Program-made: the position numbers and the translations under genes
Notes under the pieces: generated by a model
The model's database searches: none
What the model was told of the DNA's origin: nothing
The model's input: only the letters and a program-made list of their open reading frames with translations
NCBI GenBank assembly: GCA_964453075.1
Contig: CAYVNM010000006.1
Coordinates: 1-51,911, forward strand
From: an uncultured Candidatus Saccharibacteria bacterium
GTDB lineage: Bacteria > Patescibacteriota > Minisyncoccia > Phycocordibacterales > DATDWN01
DNA length: 51,911 nucleotides
Direction: 5' to 3'
In this document: positions 35,987 through 44,839 of the stretch, piece after piece
Layout of the letters: every line of letters starts with the position of its first letter
Position numbering within the stretch: the stretch's first letter is position 1

Positions 35987-36106
35987 CTAGTAGTGGGTGC
36001 CTCCCCACGTTGGCGATGTGATCGGCTTCTTCGTTGTGGTGGCGGCAATTGTTGCTGCTACCACAACTCCGGCGATGAGTGCGCTGACGACGACGATTTT
36101 TTTCAC
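35987..36106 (-). CDS. hypothetical 39-aa hydrophobic peptide (GC-rich cassette C11; GTG start)
   Basis: Not in the track. GGGAG 7 nt before the GTG. Product MKKIVVVSALIAGVVVAATIAATTTKKPITSPTWGGTHY. Terminator GGGGTGGATCT-gaga-AGATCCATCCC-GATCTTTTTT. Confidence 0.4.
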   Translation of the reverse strand: MKKIVVVSALIAGVVVAATIAATTTKKPITSPTWGGTHY

Positions 36107-36248
36107 AAGAACACTCCCTGTGCACCTGCCCAACCATCATGATTGGTGCAGTCCTTTGCTAGTAAAACATATTTCAAATTATTTTGTCAAAGGTTGTATG
36201 TGAAAACTGGCAGGACCTGTGTAGAGGACCTGCCAGTTCGTGTCCGCT

Positions 36249-36383
36249 TTATTCGGACGGGTTGCTTGGTGGAGTCTTCTTCTTGAGAAAGGCGAAGGCC
36301 CCCATGATGAGCACACACAGAAAGATCAGGGCGAGAGCACCACCCAGTGCTCCCATGTCGTGGTTCGTGGTTGCAATAAACAT
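36249..36383 (-). CDS. hypothetical 44-aa single-TM peptide (GC-rich cassette C12)
   Basis: Not in the track. Minus-strand TTGACA-17 nt-TATTTT. Product MFIATTNHDMGALGGALALIFLCVLIMGAFAFLKKKTPPSNPSE. Terminator CTGGCAGGTCCT-ctacac-AGGTCCTGCCAG-TTTTC. Confidence 0.4.
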   Translation of the reverse strand: MFIATTNHDMGALGGALALIFLCVLIMGAFAFLKKKTPPSNPSE

Positions 36384-36510
36384 TTTTAGTCACAGGATTT
36401 GGGCTACATTGCTCTCAACCTGTGCCTCCAAAAATAAAATATCACCGTTTTTGATGTTTGTCAAAAATGTTTTTTTAAAAAACATGATACAATGAAAAGT
36501 ATCTAATTTT

Positions 36511-37131
36511 ATGGATCATCTTATAAATTTTATACAGTATGCTGGATATTTTGGTTATGCAATTTTATTCCTAATTATTTTTTTAGAATCATTTCCGCCA
36601 ACGTTATTTTTGCCAGGTGATAGTTTGCTTTTTATTTCTGGATTTCTGGCCTCACAAGGTCATTTTAATATAGCCTTACTTATCTTAACTTTATTTATTG
36701 CTAGTGTTGTTGGTTATATTTTTAGTTATTCAATGGGTGAGTGGCTTCGCTCTTTTATTCTAAGGAGTAATGACAGATATTGGTTTAAAAAGAAACACAT
36801 TGAATATACAGAAAATTTTTACAAAAAATACGGTATAAAGACTTTGGTTATAGGTAGATTTGTTCCAATAGTGAGGTCTTTCAGTCCTACTTTAGCTGGA
36901 GCTGTGGATATGGATTATAAAACTTTTATGAAATATGTTGTTTTAGGAGGATTTCTTTGGACAGGAGGAGTGACTTCTATTGGATATTATTTGGGTCAAG
37001 TAATACCAAATGCAGAGAAATTGTTGACGCCTATTATTTTAGGAATAATTTTTGTTTCTCTTGTGCCTGCTTTTGCCGAACACATAATGGCTTGGATAAA
37101 GAAATATATGAATAAAAAAGAAAACATTTAA
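36511..37131 (+). CDS. DedA-family membrane protein
   Basis: LIIFLESFPPTLFLPGDSLLFISGFLA, ..GRFVPIVRSF.P..AG: VTT/DedA signature. Confidence 0.8.
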   Translation: MDHLINFIQYAGYFGYAILFLIIFLESFPPTLFLPGDSLLFISGFLASQGHFNIALLILTLFIASVVGYIFSYSMGEWLRSFILRSNDRYWFKKKHIEYTENFYKKYGIKTLVIGRFVPIVRSFSPTLAGAVDMDYKTFMKYVVLGGFLWTGGVTSIGYYLGQVIPNAEKLLTPIILGIIFVSLVPAFAEHIMAWIKKYMNKKENI

Positions 37132-37137
37132 TTTTTT

Positions 37138-38370
37138 ATGAGTGAAATAATTTCTGTTAGTCAATATCTGGACAAGTTAAATTTTTCTCTCAAAGGAGAA
37201 AAAGCCAAAATTATTGGTGAAGTCTCAGGTTTTCAAGAATATCCCGGGCGTACTTATTTATATTTTTCCATAAAAGATTCTAAAGATCAGAGCACGGTAA
37301 AATGTTTTATGTGGAAAAGAGATTTTCACATTTCTGGTGTGGCTCTTGCTGATGGTATGGAAGTAATTATTACTGCATATCCCAATATATATAAACCAAA
37401 TGGAGGGCTGACTATGCAGGTGGAGCTTTTAGAACGGGTAGGTGAGGGTGCTTTACAAATAGCATACGAAAAACTAAAAAGAGAACTTGAAAAAGAAGGT
37501 TTGTTTTCTGAGGATAAGAAGAGGTTGTTGCCGGATTTTCCTCATAAGATAGGAGTTATAACTTCAAAAAGTGGTGCAGTTATAAATGATTTTTTGACAA
37601 ATATAGGTAAATTTGGTTATGAAATTTTGTTTGTTGATTCTAGGGTTGAGGGGCAGGAAGCTATAAAGGATTTACTGTCCGCAGTAGAGACTCTAAAACA
37701 TAAAGATATAGATGTTCTGGTTATTATGCGGGGAGGGGGATCACTCGAGTCTTTTCAGGCATTTAACAATGAGGTATTGGTTCGGGCTGTGGCCAAATTT
37801 CCTATACCTGTTTTGACAGGTATAGGTCACGACAAGGATACACCATTGATTTCTCTAGTGTCAGACAAGAATGTTTCTACTCCAACAGCGGTGGCCAATC
37901 TTTTAAATAATAGCTGGAACAATGCTTTGGCAAACGTTAATATGGCTGATCAAAAAATAAATTATAGCTTTGATTCAGCACTGAAAGACACTCGCTTTTT
38001 AATAGAAAATTCTGAAGTTTTGATTCAAAACAGGTTCAACTCATTATTTGATGTGTTCAAAAAGGCAGAGCAAACCTTAGTTAATGCGGTGAATCGTATT
38101 GAATCAGGTTTGGAAAGAATAAAAGATAATATAAAACACGTAGAAAAAGATTTGGTAAGAGGTTTTGTTTTTCTAGTAGGTGAGGTGAACGAGCTTGTTT
38201 CCCAAAGTGAAAAATTAATAAAACAATCTAACCCAGAGAACCAACTAAAAAGAGGATATAGTATAGTTAGGCATAAAGGAAAAATTTTACGTAGCGTCAA
38301 AGAAATTGGAAAGGGTGACCCATTAGACATTTCGGTTTCTGACGGTATAATAAAATCAATAACACAATAA
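37138..38370 (+). CDS. xseA: exodeoxyribonuclease VII large subunit
   Basis: OB-fold N-terminus (..GEVSGFQEYPGRTYLYFSIKD), IGVITS..GA...D, RGGGS.E.L..FN. Followed by xseB. Confidence 0.9.
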   Translation: MSEIISVSQYLDKLNFSLKGEKAKIIGEVSGFQEYPGRTYLYFSIKDSKDQSTVKCFMWKRDFHISGVALADGMEVIITAYPNIYKPNGGLTMQVELLERVGEGALQIAYEKLKRELEKEGLFSEDKKRLLPDFPHKIGVITSKSGAVINDFLTNIGKFGYEILFVDSRVEGQEAIKDLLSAVETLKHKDIDVLVIMRGGGSLESFQAFNNEVLVRAVAKFPIPVLTGIGHDKDTPLISLVSDKNVSTPTAVANLLNNSWNNALANVNMADQKINYSFDSALKDTRFLIENSEVLIQNRFNSLFDVFKKAEQTLVNAVNRIESGLERIKDNIKHVEKDLVRGFVFLVGEVNELVSQSEKLIKQSNPENQLKRGYSIVRHKGKILRSVKEIGKGDPLDISVSDGIIKSITQ

Positions 38371-38377
38371 AAATAAA

Positions 38378-38584
38378 ATGAAAAAAACATCAAATACTCA
38401 GATTAATCTGAATGATACGTTAAAAAAACTAGCCAATATAGTTTCCTGGTTTGAGTCTCAATCAGAATTGGATGTTGAGAAGGGTTTAGAGTATGTTAAG
38501 GAGGGGGCTAACCTTATCAAGGCTTCTAGAGAAAGACTTTCTGAAATAGAGAACGAATTTAAAGAGATAAAAAAAGATTTATAA
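38378..38584 (+). CDS. xseB: exodeoxyribonuclease VII small subunit
   Basis: 68 aa helical protein immediately after xseA (L..L..IV..FE......LE....Y.EG..L). Confidence 0.8.
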   Translation: MKKTSNTQINLNDTLKKLANIVSWFESQSELDVEKGLEYVKEGANLIKASRERLSEIENEFKEIKKDL

Positions 38585-38586
38585 AA

Positions 38587-39339
38587 TTAATTTTCTATTT
38601 CTATACCTGAAGAGTTTAAATCCTTGTGGGTGAATTTGACTGTCTCTCTGACGGGAGTTTTTCTTATTATTTCAATAATTTCATCTTCATTGTCTGATAT
38701 TTTATAAAGAGTTAAATCATTTTTATCTACGGTGCCCAGCTTAAACAGAGTATTCTTTATGAGATCATCAATCCGGTTCCAGAAATCACTGCCGACTAGA
38801 ATTATCGGCATTTTTATGATTTTACCAGTTTGAATGAGTGTGATAATTTCAAAAAATTCATCTAACGTTCCGTAACCTCCCGGGAAGAAAATGTAGGCTT
38901 CTGCTGAGAAAGAAAGGCAAACTTTTCTACTGAAAAAGTAATAAAAATCTAAATTGTGAGTGAGATATGCATTTTGAACTTGGTGATTCGGTAATTCTAT
39001 AGTGAGTCCGATTGATTCACCTCCAGCTTCAAAAGCCCCGCGGTTTGCTCCTTCCATTACACCCGGACCTCCTCCTGTTACTACACAGTAGTGTAATTCA
39101 TTTACTATTTTTTTTGCTAAACTCCTGGCTTTCTGGTAATAGATGTTCGATTCTTCAAAATGGGTTCCTCCAAAAAAAGTTACTGATCTGGGATAATCTT
39201 GGAGAAAGTTGAAACCGTCTGTGAACTCTTTTGATATCAAATGTACTCTTTCTCTGGTATCCTCTGCCATTTCTCTCTTGGACATTGGAATAGATGGTAG
39301 TTCTCTTGGTGGCAAATTTAATATTGGTTTGTCTTTCAT
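38587..39339 (-). CDS. LOG-family (TIGR00730) nucleotide phosphoribohydrolase-like protein
   Basis: VTGGGPGVMEGANRGA and FPGGYGTLDEFFE motifs. Start at ATG 39339, straddling the end of the 109-nt repeat. Confidence 0.8.
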   Translation of the reverse strand: MKDKPILNLPPRELPSIPMSKREMAEDTRERVHLISKEFTDGFNFLQDYPRSVTFFGGTHFEESNIYYQKARSLAKKIVNELHYCVVTGGGPGVMEGANRGAFEAGGESIGLTIELPNHQVQNAYLTHNLDFYYFFSRKVCLSFSAEAYIFFPGGYGTLDEFFEIITLIQTGKIIKMPIILVGSDFWNRIDDLIKNTLFKLGTVDKNDLTLYKISDNEDEIIEIIRKTPVRETVKFTHKDLNSSGIEIEN

Positions 39340-39446
39340 CCCGTTAGAGATAGGTCTCACCATAGTTCATACGATGATTCCTATCGAAATTAATTTATAA
39401 TGTCAGATTTACTTATTATTGATTTCCCGTGAATCTCTAACGGGAT
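39338..39446 (-). repeat. 109-nt element with 14-bp terminal inverted repeats, copy 2 (5' leader of the LOG-family gene)
   Basis: Same termini (ATCCCGTTAGAGAT / ATCTCTAACGGGAT) and same length as 30916-31024. It differs mainly in an 18-nt central segment. Confidence 0.6.
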
Positions 39447-39488
39447 TCATGGATTATATTGTATCTTAGCTGAAAGGTTTTTGTAAAA

Positions 39489-40220
39489 TTACAATCCTAT
39501 GCTTTTTAAAAAAATTTCTAATTCATCTCCCGTGATTTCTCTGTATGAATTCGTAGGAACATCATTTAGTTCTATATTTTGAATTCTTATTCTCTGTAGA
39601 TCTCTCACTGTATACCCCAGCTTTTCTGTCATTCTTCTTATTTGGCGATTCATGCCTTCTGTTAGGATTATGCTAAATGTTTTTTCTCCTATTTTTTTAA
39701 GAACAGCTGGTCTGGTAATAGCTTCTCCTATATCGACACCTTCTTGCATGTGTTTTATGAAGGCCGGAGTAAACTTTCTGTCTACTTCAACCAAATATTC
39801 CTTTTGGTGATTATAAATGGGATTTAGGAGTCTATCGGTTACACGTCCGTCGTTTGTAAGGATGATAAGGCCGTGGGATTCTTTATCTAATCTACCTACT
39901 GGAAAAACTCCTTTTATGGTTTCGGTTATACTTTTTTCTTTACCTTGTGGATTAGTACTGACTATTCCTTTGGGCTTGTTGTATGCAAGATAGATGTGGT
40001 TCTTTTTTGTATGGGTTCCACGAACTTCTACTTTATCTGTTTCTAGTATCTTGTCTCCAAGTTTTGCAATTTTGCCATTAATTAATATTTTATGGTTTTT
40101 TATTAGTTCATCTACTCCGGTACGTGTGGCAACACCCTTATGAGCAAGGTATTTGTTTATTCGCATTGGAAAAACATTTGTTACAACCGCTGGTGTTTTC
40201 TTGATTTTACCCATACACAA
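39489..40220 (-). CDS. RsuA/RluB-family pseudouridine synthase
   Basis: S4 domain (MRINKYLAHKGVATR) and catalytic motif VGRLDKESHGLIILTNDG. The true start may be the internal MRINKYL (about 40166). Confidence 0.85.
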   Translation of the reverse strand: MCMGKIKKTPAVVTNVFPMRINKYLAHKGVATRTGVDELIKNHKILINGKIAKLGDKILETDKVEVRGTHTKKNHIYLAYNKPKGIVSTNPQGKEKSITETIKGVFPVGRLDKESHGLIILTNDGRVTDRLLNPIYNHQKEYLVEVDRKFTPAFIKHMQEGVDIGEAITRPAVLKKIGEKTFSIILTEGMNRQIRRMTEKLGYTVRDLQRIRIQNIELNDVPTNSYREITGDELEIFLKSIGL

Positions 40221-40274
40221 ATAATAGCATGAAAATTGTTTACTTAATAAAAAAAACGTAATATAATTGAGCTT

Positions 40275-40733
40275 ATGAAAAATCTAGAACAAAAAGAATG
40301 GGTTGCGGTTGTAGTCGCAATCTTTGTGGTTGGTTTTTTCTTTATATTTGGACAAAGTTTAATTTCTTTATTTACTAATGAAAATTCAAAGATGAGTACT
40401 TCACAAAAACCAGAATTACTAGCTGAAGATGTGGTGGTGGGAACGGGTGAGGAGGCTTTTTCTGGTGACAGGGTGGTGGTGCATTACACTGGACGTTTTG
40501 TTGATGGTAGAGTTTTTGACAGTTCTGTTTCTAGAAATGAACCATTTCAGTTTGTTTTGGGTGTTGGTCAGGTGATACAGGGCTGGGATCAGGGGATACT
40601 AGGAATGAGAGTTGGAGGAAAAAGAATCTTGTCAGTTCCTCCTGAGCTCGGTTATGGACCAAATGATTATGGTCCAATACCTGGAAATTCTACATTGATT
40701 TTTGAGGTGGAATTATTGAAGGTTGAAAAATAA
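40275..40733 (+). CDS. FKBP-type peptidyl-prolyl cis-trans isomerase (membrane-anchored)
   Basis: GDRVVVHYTGRFVDGRVFDSS, FVLGVGQVIQGWDQG, PPELGYG, LIFEVELL. Confidence 0.85.
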   Translation: MKNLEQKEWVAVVVAIFVVGFFFIFGQSLISLFTNENSKMSTSQKPELLAEDVVVGTGEEAFSGDRVVVHYTGRFVDGRVFDSSVSRNEPFQFVLGVGQVIQGWDQGILGMRVGGKRILSVPPELGYGPNDYGPIPGNSTLIFEVELLKVEK

Positions 40734-40750
40734 ATTTTATATTTTTCTAG

Positions 40751-42004
<1,254 letters not shown>

Positions 42005-42044
42005 AGCCCTTGACTTATTTTGTGGTCGGGTGTATAATTAATTG

Positions 42045-42316
42045 TAGAGGTGGTGGCGCTCCTGAGAGATCGAGAAAGTCGACGAGACGAGAAGCAAAAC
42101 CGCAAAACCGCAAAACCGCAAAACCGCAAAACCGCAAAACCGCAAAACCGAAAAAGTAAAAGCTGACGAGAAGCAACTCTCGGGTACGATGCGCTGCCAC
42201 CTCAGTTCCTTGATTCTGATCCCCCGAGTCACTCGGTCTAGGGGGCCTGCCGCAAGGTGGGTTACTACCGGGTTCATCTGGGCGGGGTTCGTAGCTGCAG
42301 CTACACCCCGCCTTTT
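42045..42316 (+). ncRNA. unclassified ncRNA with 7 tandem CAAAACCG units
   Basis: Promoter TTGACT(42010)-17 nt-TATAAT(42033). Helix GAGGTGGTGGCGC(42047)/GCGCTGCCACCTC(42191) and helix CCTGAGAG/CTCTCGGG, both with G-U pairs possible only on the + strand. 7 x CAAAACCG lie at 42095-42150 in the enclosed loop. A second domain ends in the terminator GGCGGGGTtcGTAGCTGCAGCTACACCCCGCC-TTTT. Confidence 0.6.
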
Positions 42317-42348
42317 CTATTATATATAATTTATTGTATAGTGTTGGG

Positions 42349-44394
42349 ATGAATTTCCAGATTAAACGCGATTTTAAACCTGCGGGGGATCAACCACAGG
42401 CCATAGAAAAACTTGTAAAAGGTGTGAAAACAGGTCTGCGACATCAGACTCTTTTTGGAGTGACTGGTTCCGGCAAAACTTTTACAGTTGCCAATGTGAT
42501 ACAGGAAATTAACAAGCCAACTCTTATTATTGCTCACAACAAGACACTAGCTGCGCAACTTGCTCAAGAATATAAAGAATTTTTTCCAAATAATGCTGTT
42601 CATTATTTTGTTTCTTACTACGACTACTATCAACCAGAAGCGTATATGCCAGTTTCTGATACATATATAGAAAAAGAAGCGATGATAAATGAAGAAATAG
42701 ACAGACTTCGTCACGCATCAACCCAGGCATTATTGACTCGCAAAGATGTGATTATTGTCGCTTCTGTGTCCTGTATATATGGTCTTGGTTCTCCAGCAGA
42801 ATATGAAAAAGTTAATTTGAAAGTAAGTCAGGGAGAAAAAATTTCTCGTGCGGAGTTTATTCGTAAACTCATAGATATTCATTACGAGAGAACAACCGCA
42901 GATTTGAAACCGGGAATGTTTCGAGCTATTGGTAATATGTTGGAGATAATGCCTATATCCCAAAAGCAGATTTATAGAATTGAGATAGAAGAAGGGAAGA
43001 TAAAAGAAATTTTGGTCATAGATGCTATTACTCGTGCTGTTTTAGAATCAACACCTGCTTTTTTCTTGTTCCCAGCAAAACATTTTATATCTACAAAAGA
43101 ACAAAACGAAAGAGCATTTAAAACAATAAAAGCGGAATTAACTACAAGGCTTAAGGAACTAGAAAAAGAAGGAAAACTTCTGGAAGCGGAGAGACTTAAA
43201 AGACGCACCTCATATGACCTAGCTTTAATTCGTGAGATGGGGTATTGCAATGGAATAGAAAATTACTCCAGACATTTTTCTGGTAAAAAGCCCGGAGAGG
43301 CACCAGACACATTGCTGTCATATTTTCCACATAAACCAGATGGTACCCCAGATTTTCTTACGGTTATAGATGAGTCACATGTTTCTGTTCCACAGATAGG
43401 AGCTATGCATGGAGGTGATTCTTCCAGAAAACAAGCATTGGTGGATTATGGTTTTAGACTTCCTAGTGCCAAAGATAACAGACCTTTAACTTTCAAAGAA
43501 TTTGAAGAAAGAGTTGGCCAGACAATATATACATCTGCCACACCTGGTGAATACGAGAGAGAGCATAGTGAGCAGATAGTAGAGCAGATTATACGCCCAA
43601 CAGGACTTATTGATCCTGTGGTGGAGGTTAGGCCTATAGTTGAAAAAGGAAAATACAAAGGTCAGATTTTTGATTTTATAAAAGAGGCAGAGACGGCTAT
43701 CAAAAAAGGTGGTCGTGTTATCGCAACAACCTTAACCAAAAAAATGGCAGAGGATTTGAGCGAGTATCTAAAGGAAAAGGGAATTCGAGCTGAATACTTG
43801 CATAGTGATATAAAAACAATACAAAGAATTGAAATACTAACTTCTCTTCGTCGGGGTGAGTTTGATTGTCTGGTCGGTGTGAATCTGTTGCGAGAAGGTT
43901 TGGATTTGCCGGAAGTCACTCTTATCGGGATCCTTGATGCCGACAAAGAAGGATTTCTCAGAAGTGATACAAGTTTGATACAGATTATAGGTCGCGCAGC
44001 TAGAAATGTTCTTGGTAAGGTTATCTTATACGCAGATACGGAGACAGAATCTATGAAAAGAGCTATAGATGAGACAAATCGCCGTCGTGCTTTGCAGATT
44101 GATTATAATAAAAAACACGGAATTACTCCAAAAACAATCATAAAAAAGATTCAGGATATTACTGAACAAATGAAAACAGAACATGCCAAGACTGTAGACA
44201 GTTTGTTACACATGGATGAGAAAATGTTTACAAAAGATCCACAAAAACTAATCAAAATAAAAGAAAGGCAAATGGATGGGGCAGTCAAGATTTTGGATTT
44301 TGAAACCGCTGCAATACTGCGAGATGAAATTGCGGAATTAATAAAAAGACTTGCACCAAAAAGAGAGAAAAAATCAAAAAATAAATTAGAATAA
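42349..44394 (+). CDS. uvrB: excinuclease ABC subunit B
   Basis: GVTGSGKTF, DESHV, helicase motifs, C-terminal UVR domain (FETAAILRDEI). Start at ATG 42349. Confidence 0.95.
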   Translation: MNFQIKRDFKPAGDQPQAIEKLVKGVKTGLRHQTLFGVTGSGKTFTVANVIQEINKPTLIIAHNKTLAAQLAQEYKEFFPNNAVHYFVSYYDYYQPEAYMPVSDTYIEKEAMINEEIDRLRHASTQALLTRKDVIIVASVSCIYGLGSPAEYEKVNLKVSQGEKISRAEFIRKLIDIHYERTTADLKPGMFRAIGNMLEIMPISQKQIYRIEIEEGKIKEILVIDAITRAVLESTPAFFLFPAKHFISTKEQNERAFKTIKAELTTRLKELEKEGKLLEAERLKRRTSYDLALIREMGYCNGIENYSRHFSGKKPGEAPDTLLSYFPHKPDGTPDFLTVIDESHVSVPQIGAMHGGDSSRKQALVDYGFRLPSAKDNRPLTFKEFEERVGQTIYTSATPGEYEREHSEQIVEQIIRPTGLIDPVVEVRPIVEKGKYKGQIFDFIKEAETAIKKGGRVIATTLTKKMAEDLSEYLKEKGIRAEYLHSDIKTIQRIEILTSLRRGEFDCLVGVNLLREGLDLPEVTLIGILDADKEGFLRSDTSLIQIIGRAARNVLGKVILYADTETESMKRAIDETNRRRALQIDYNKKHGITPKTIIKKIQDITEQMKTEHAKTVDSLLHMDEKMFTKDPQKLIKIKERQMDGAVKILDFETAAILRDEIAELIKRLAPKREKKSKNKLE

Positions 44395-44442
44395 AAAATT
44401 AGCGTGGGTCGCAACGACCCACGCCAGCGCTCGAGGCTCTCT

Positions 44443-44697
44443 CTAGACGAACCTCTTCTCCAGATCTTCCCAGTGAAATGCACGGATGCTACCGTCTTCG
44501 TTTGTGATGGGGACACCTTTCTTTTCCAAGGTGACCATGTAGGAGACCTTACCATTTCCTCCTGGCTTTCTTACTCTGCAAACATGGAAGATCCCGAAAC
44601 AGTAGCCGAACTTCCTTACGAGCCCCTTGAATTTCGGATCCTTTTTCTTGGCCAGTCTGACCTGCATTCCAACTACCGGATGGATTCGGTTCGACAT
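44443..44697 (-). CDS. hypothetical protein (GC-rich cassette C13)
   Basis: Minus-strand TTGACA with a TAGTGT-like -10. 84 aa basic protein. Terminator GCGTGGGTCG-ttg-CGACCCACGC-TAATTTTTT (44402-44426). Confidence 0.55.
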   Translation of the reverse strand: MSNRIHPVVGMQVRLAKKKDPKFKGLVRKFGYCFGIFHVCRVRKPGGNGKVSYMVTLEKKGVPITNEDGSIRAFHWEDLEKRFV

Positions 44698-44839
44698 TTT
44701 TGGCCTTTCTGGGATGCGATCCCGGAAGTTTTTTCTGATAAAACACTAACATTACTAGGTTTGATGTCAAATTTGTTTATTTGTGGTATTATGTCTGTCT
44801 ACCCCTATACCTATACGAAGAAACGGGGTCTCTTTATGT

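Noticed and set aside
35931-36495. Track ORFs 35931-36140(-), 35997-36203(+), 36184-36495(+) and 36187-36393(-).
   Set aside because: They have no SD, Arg/His/Cys-rich nonsense-like composition, and they cross hairpin terminators. They are replaced by two short SD-supported hydrophobic peptide frames.
42094-42150. CRISPR-like or telomere-template-like interpretation of the CAAAACCG array.
   Set aside because: The units are 8 nt with no spacers, so it is not a CRISPR array. There is no reverse transcriptase or cas gene in the window.
42015-42277. Minus-strand ORFs encoding ..RFCGFAVLRFCGFAVL.. repeats.
   Set aside because: They are just the translation of the 8-nt tandem repeat (24-nt super-period) on the wrong strand. 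Promoter, G-U-containing helices and terminator all indicate a + strand ncRNA.
42045-42316. tmRNA (ssrA), SRP RNA or 6S RNA identity for the repeat-containing RNA.
   Set aside because: For tmRNA there is no tRNA-like 3' end with T-arm/ACCA. The 5' strand pairs internally at 42191-42203 rather than with the 3' end. The only frame ending in a stop would give a Lys-rich rather than hydrophobic tag. For SRP RNA there is no domain IV motif. For 6S RNA there is no symmetric bubble architecture.
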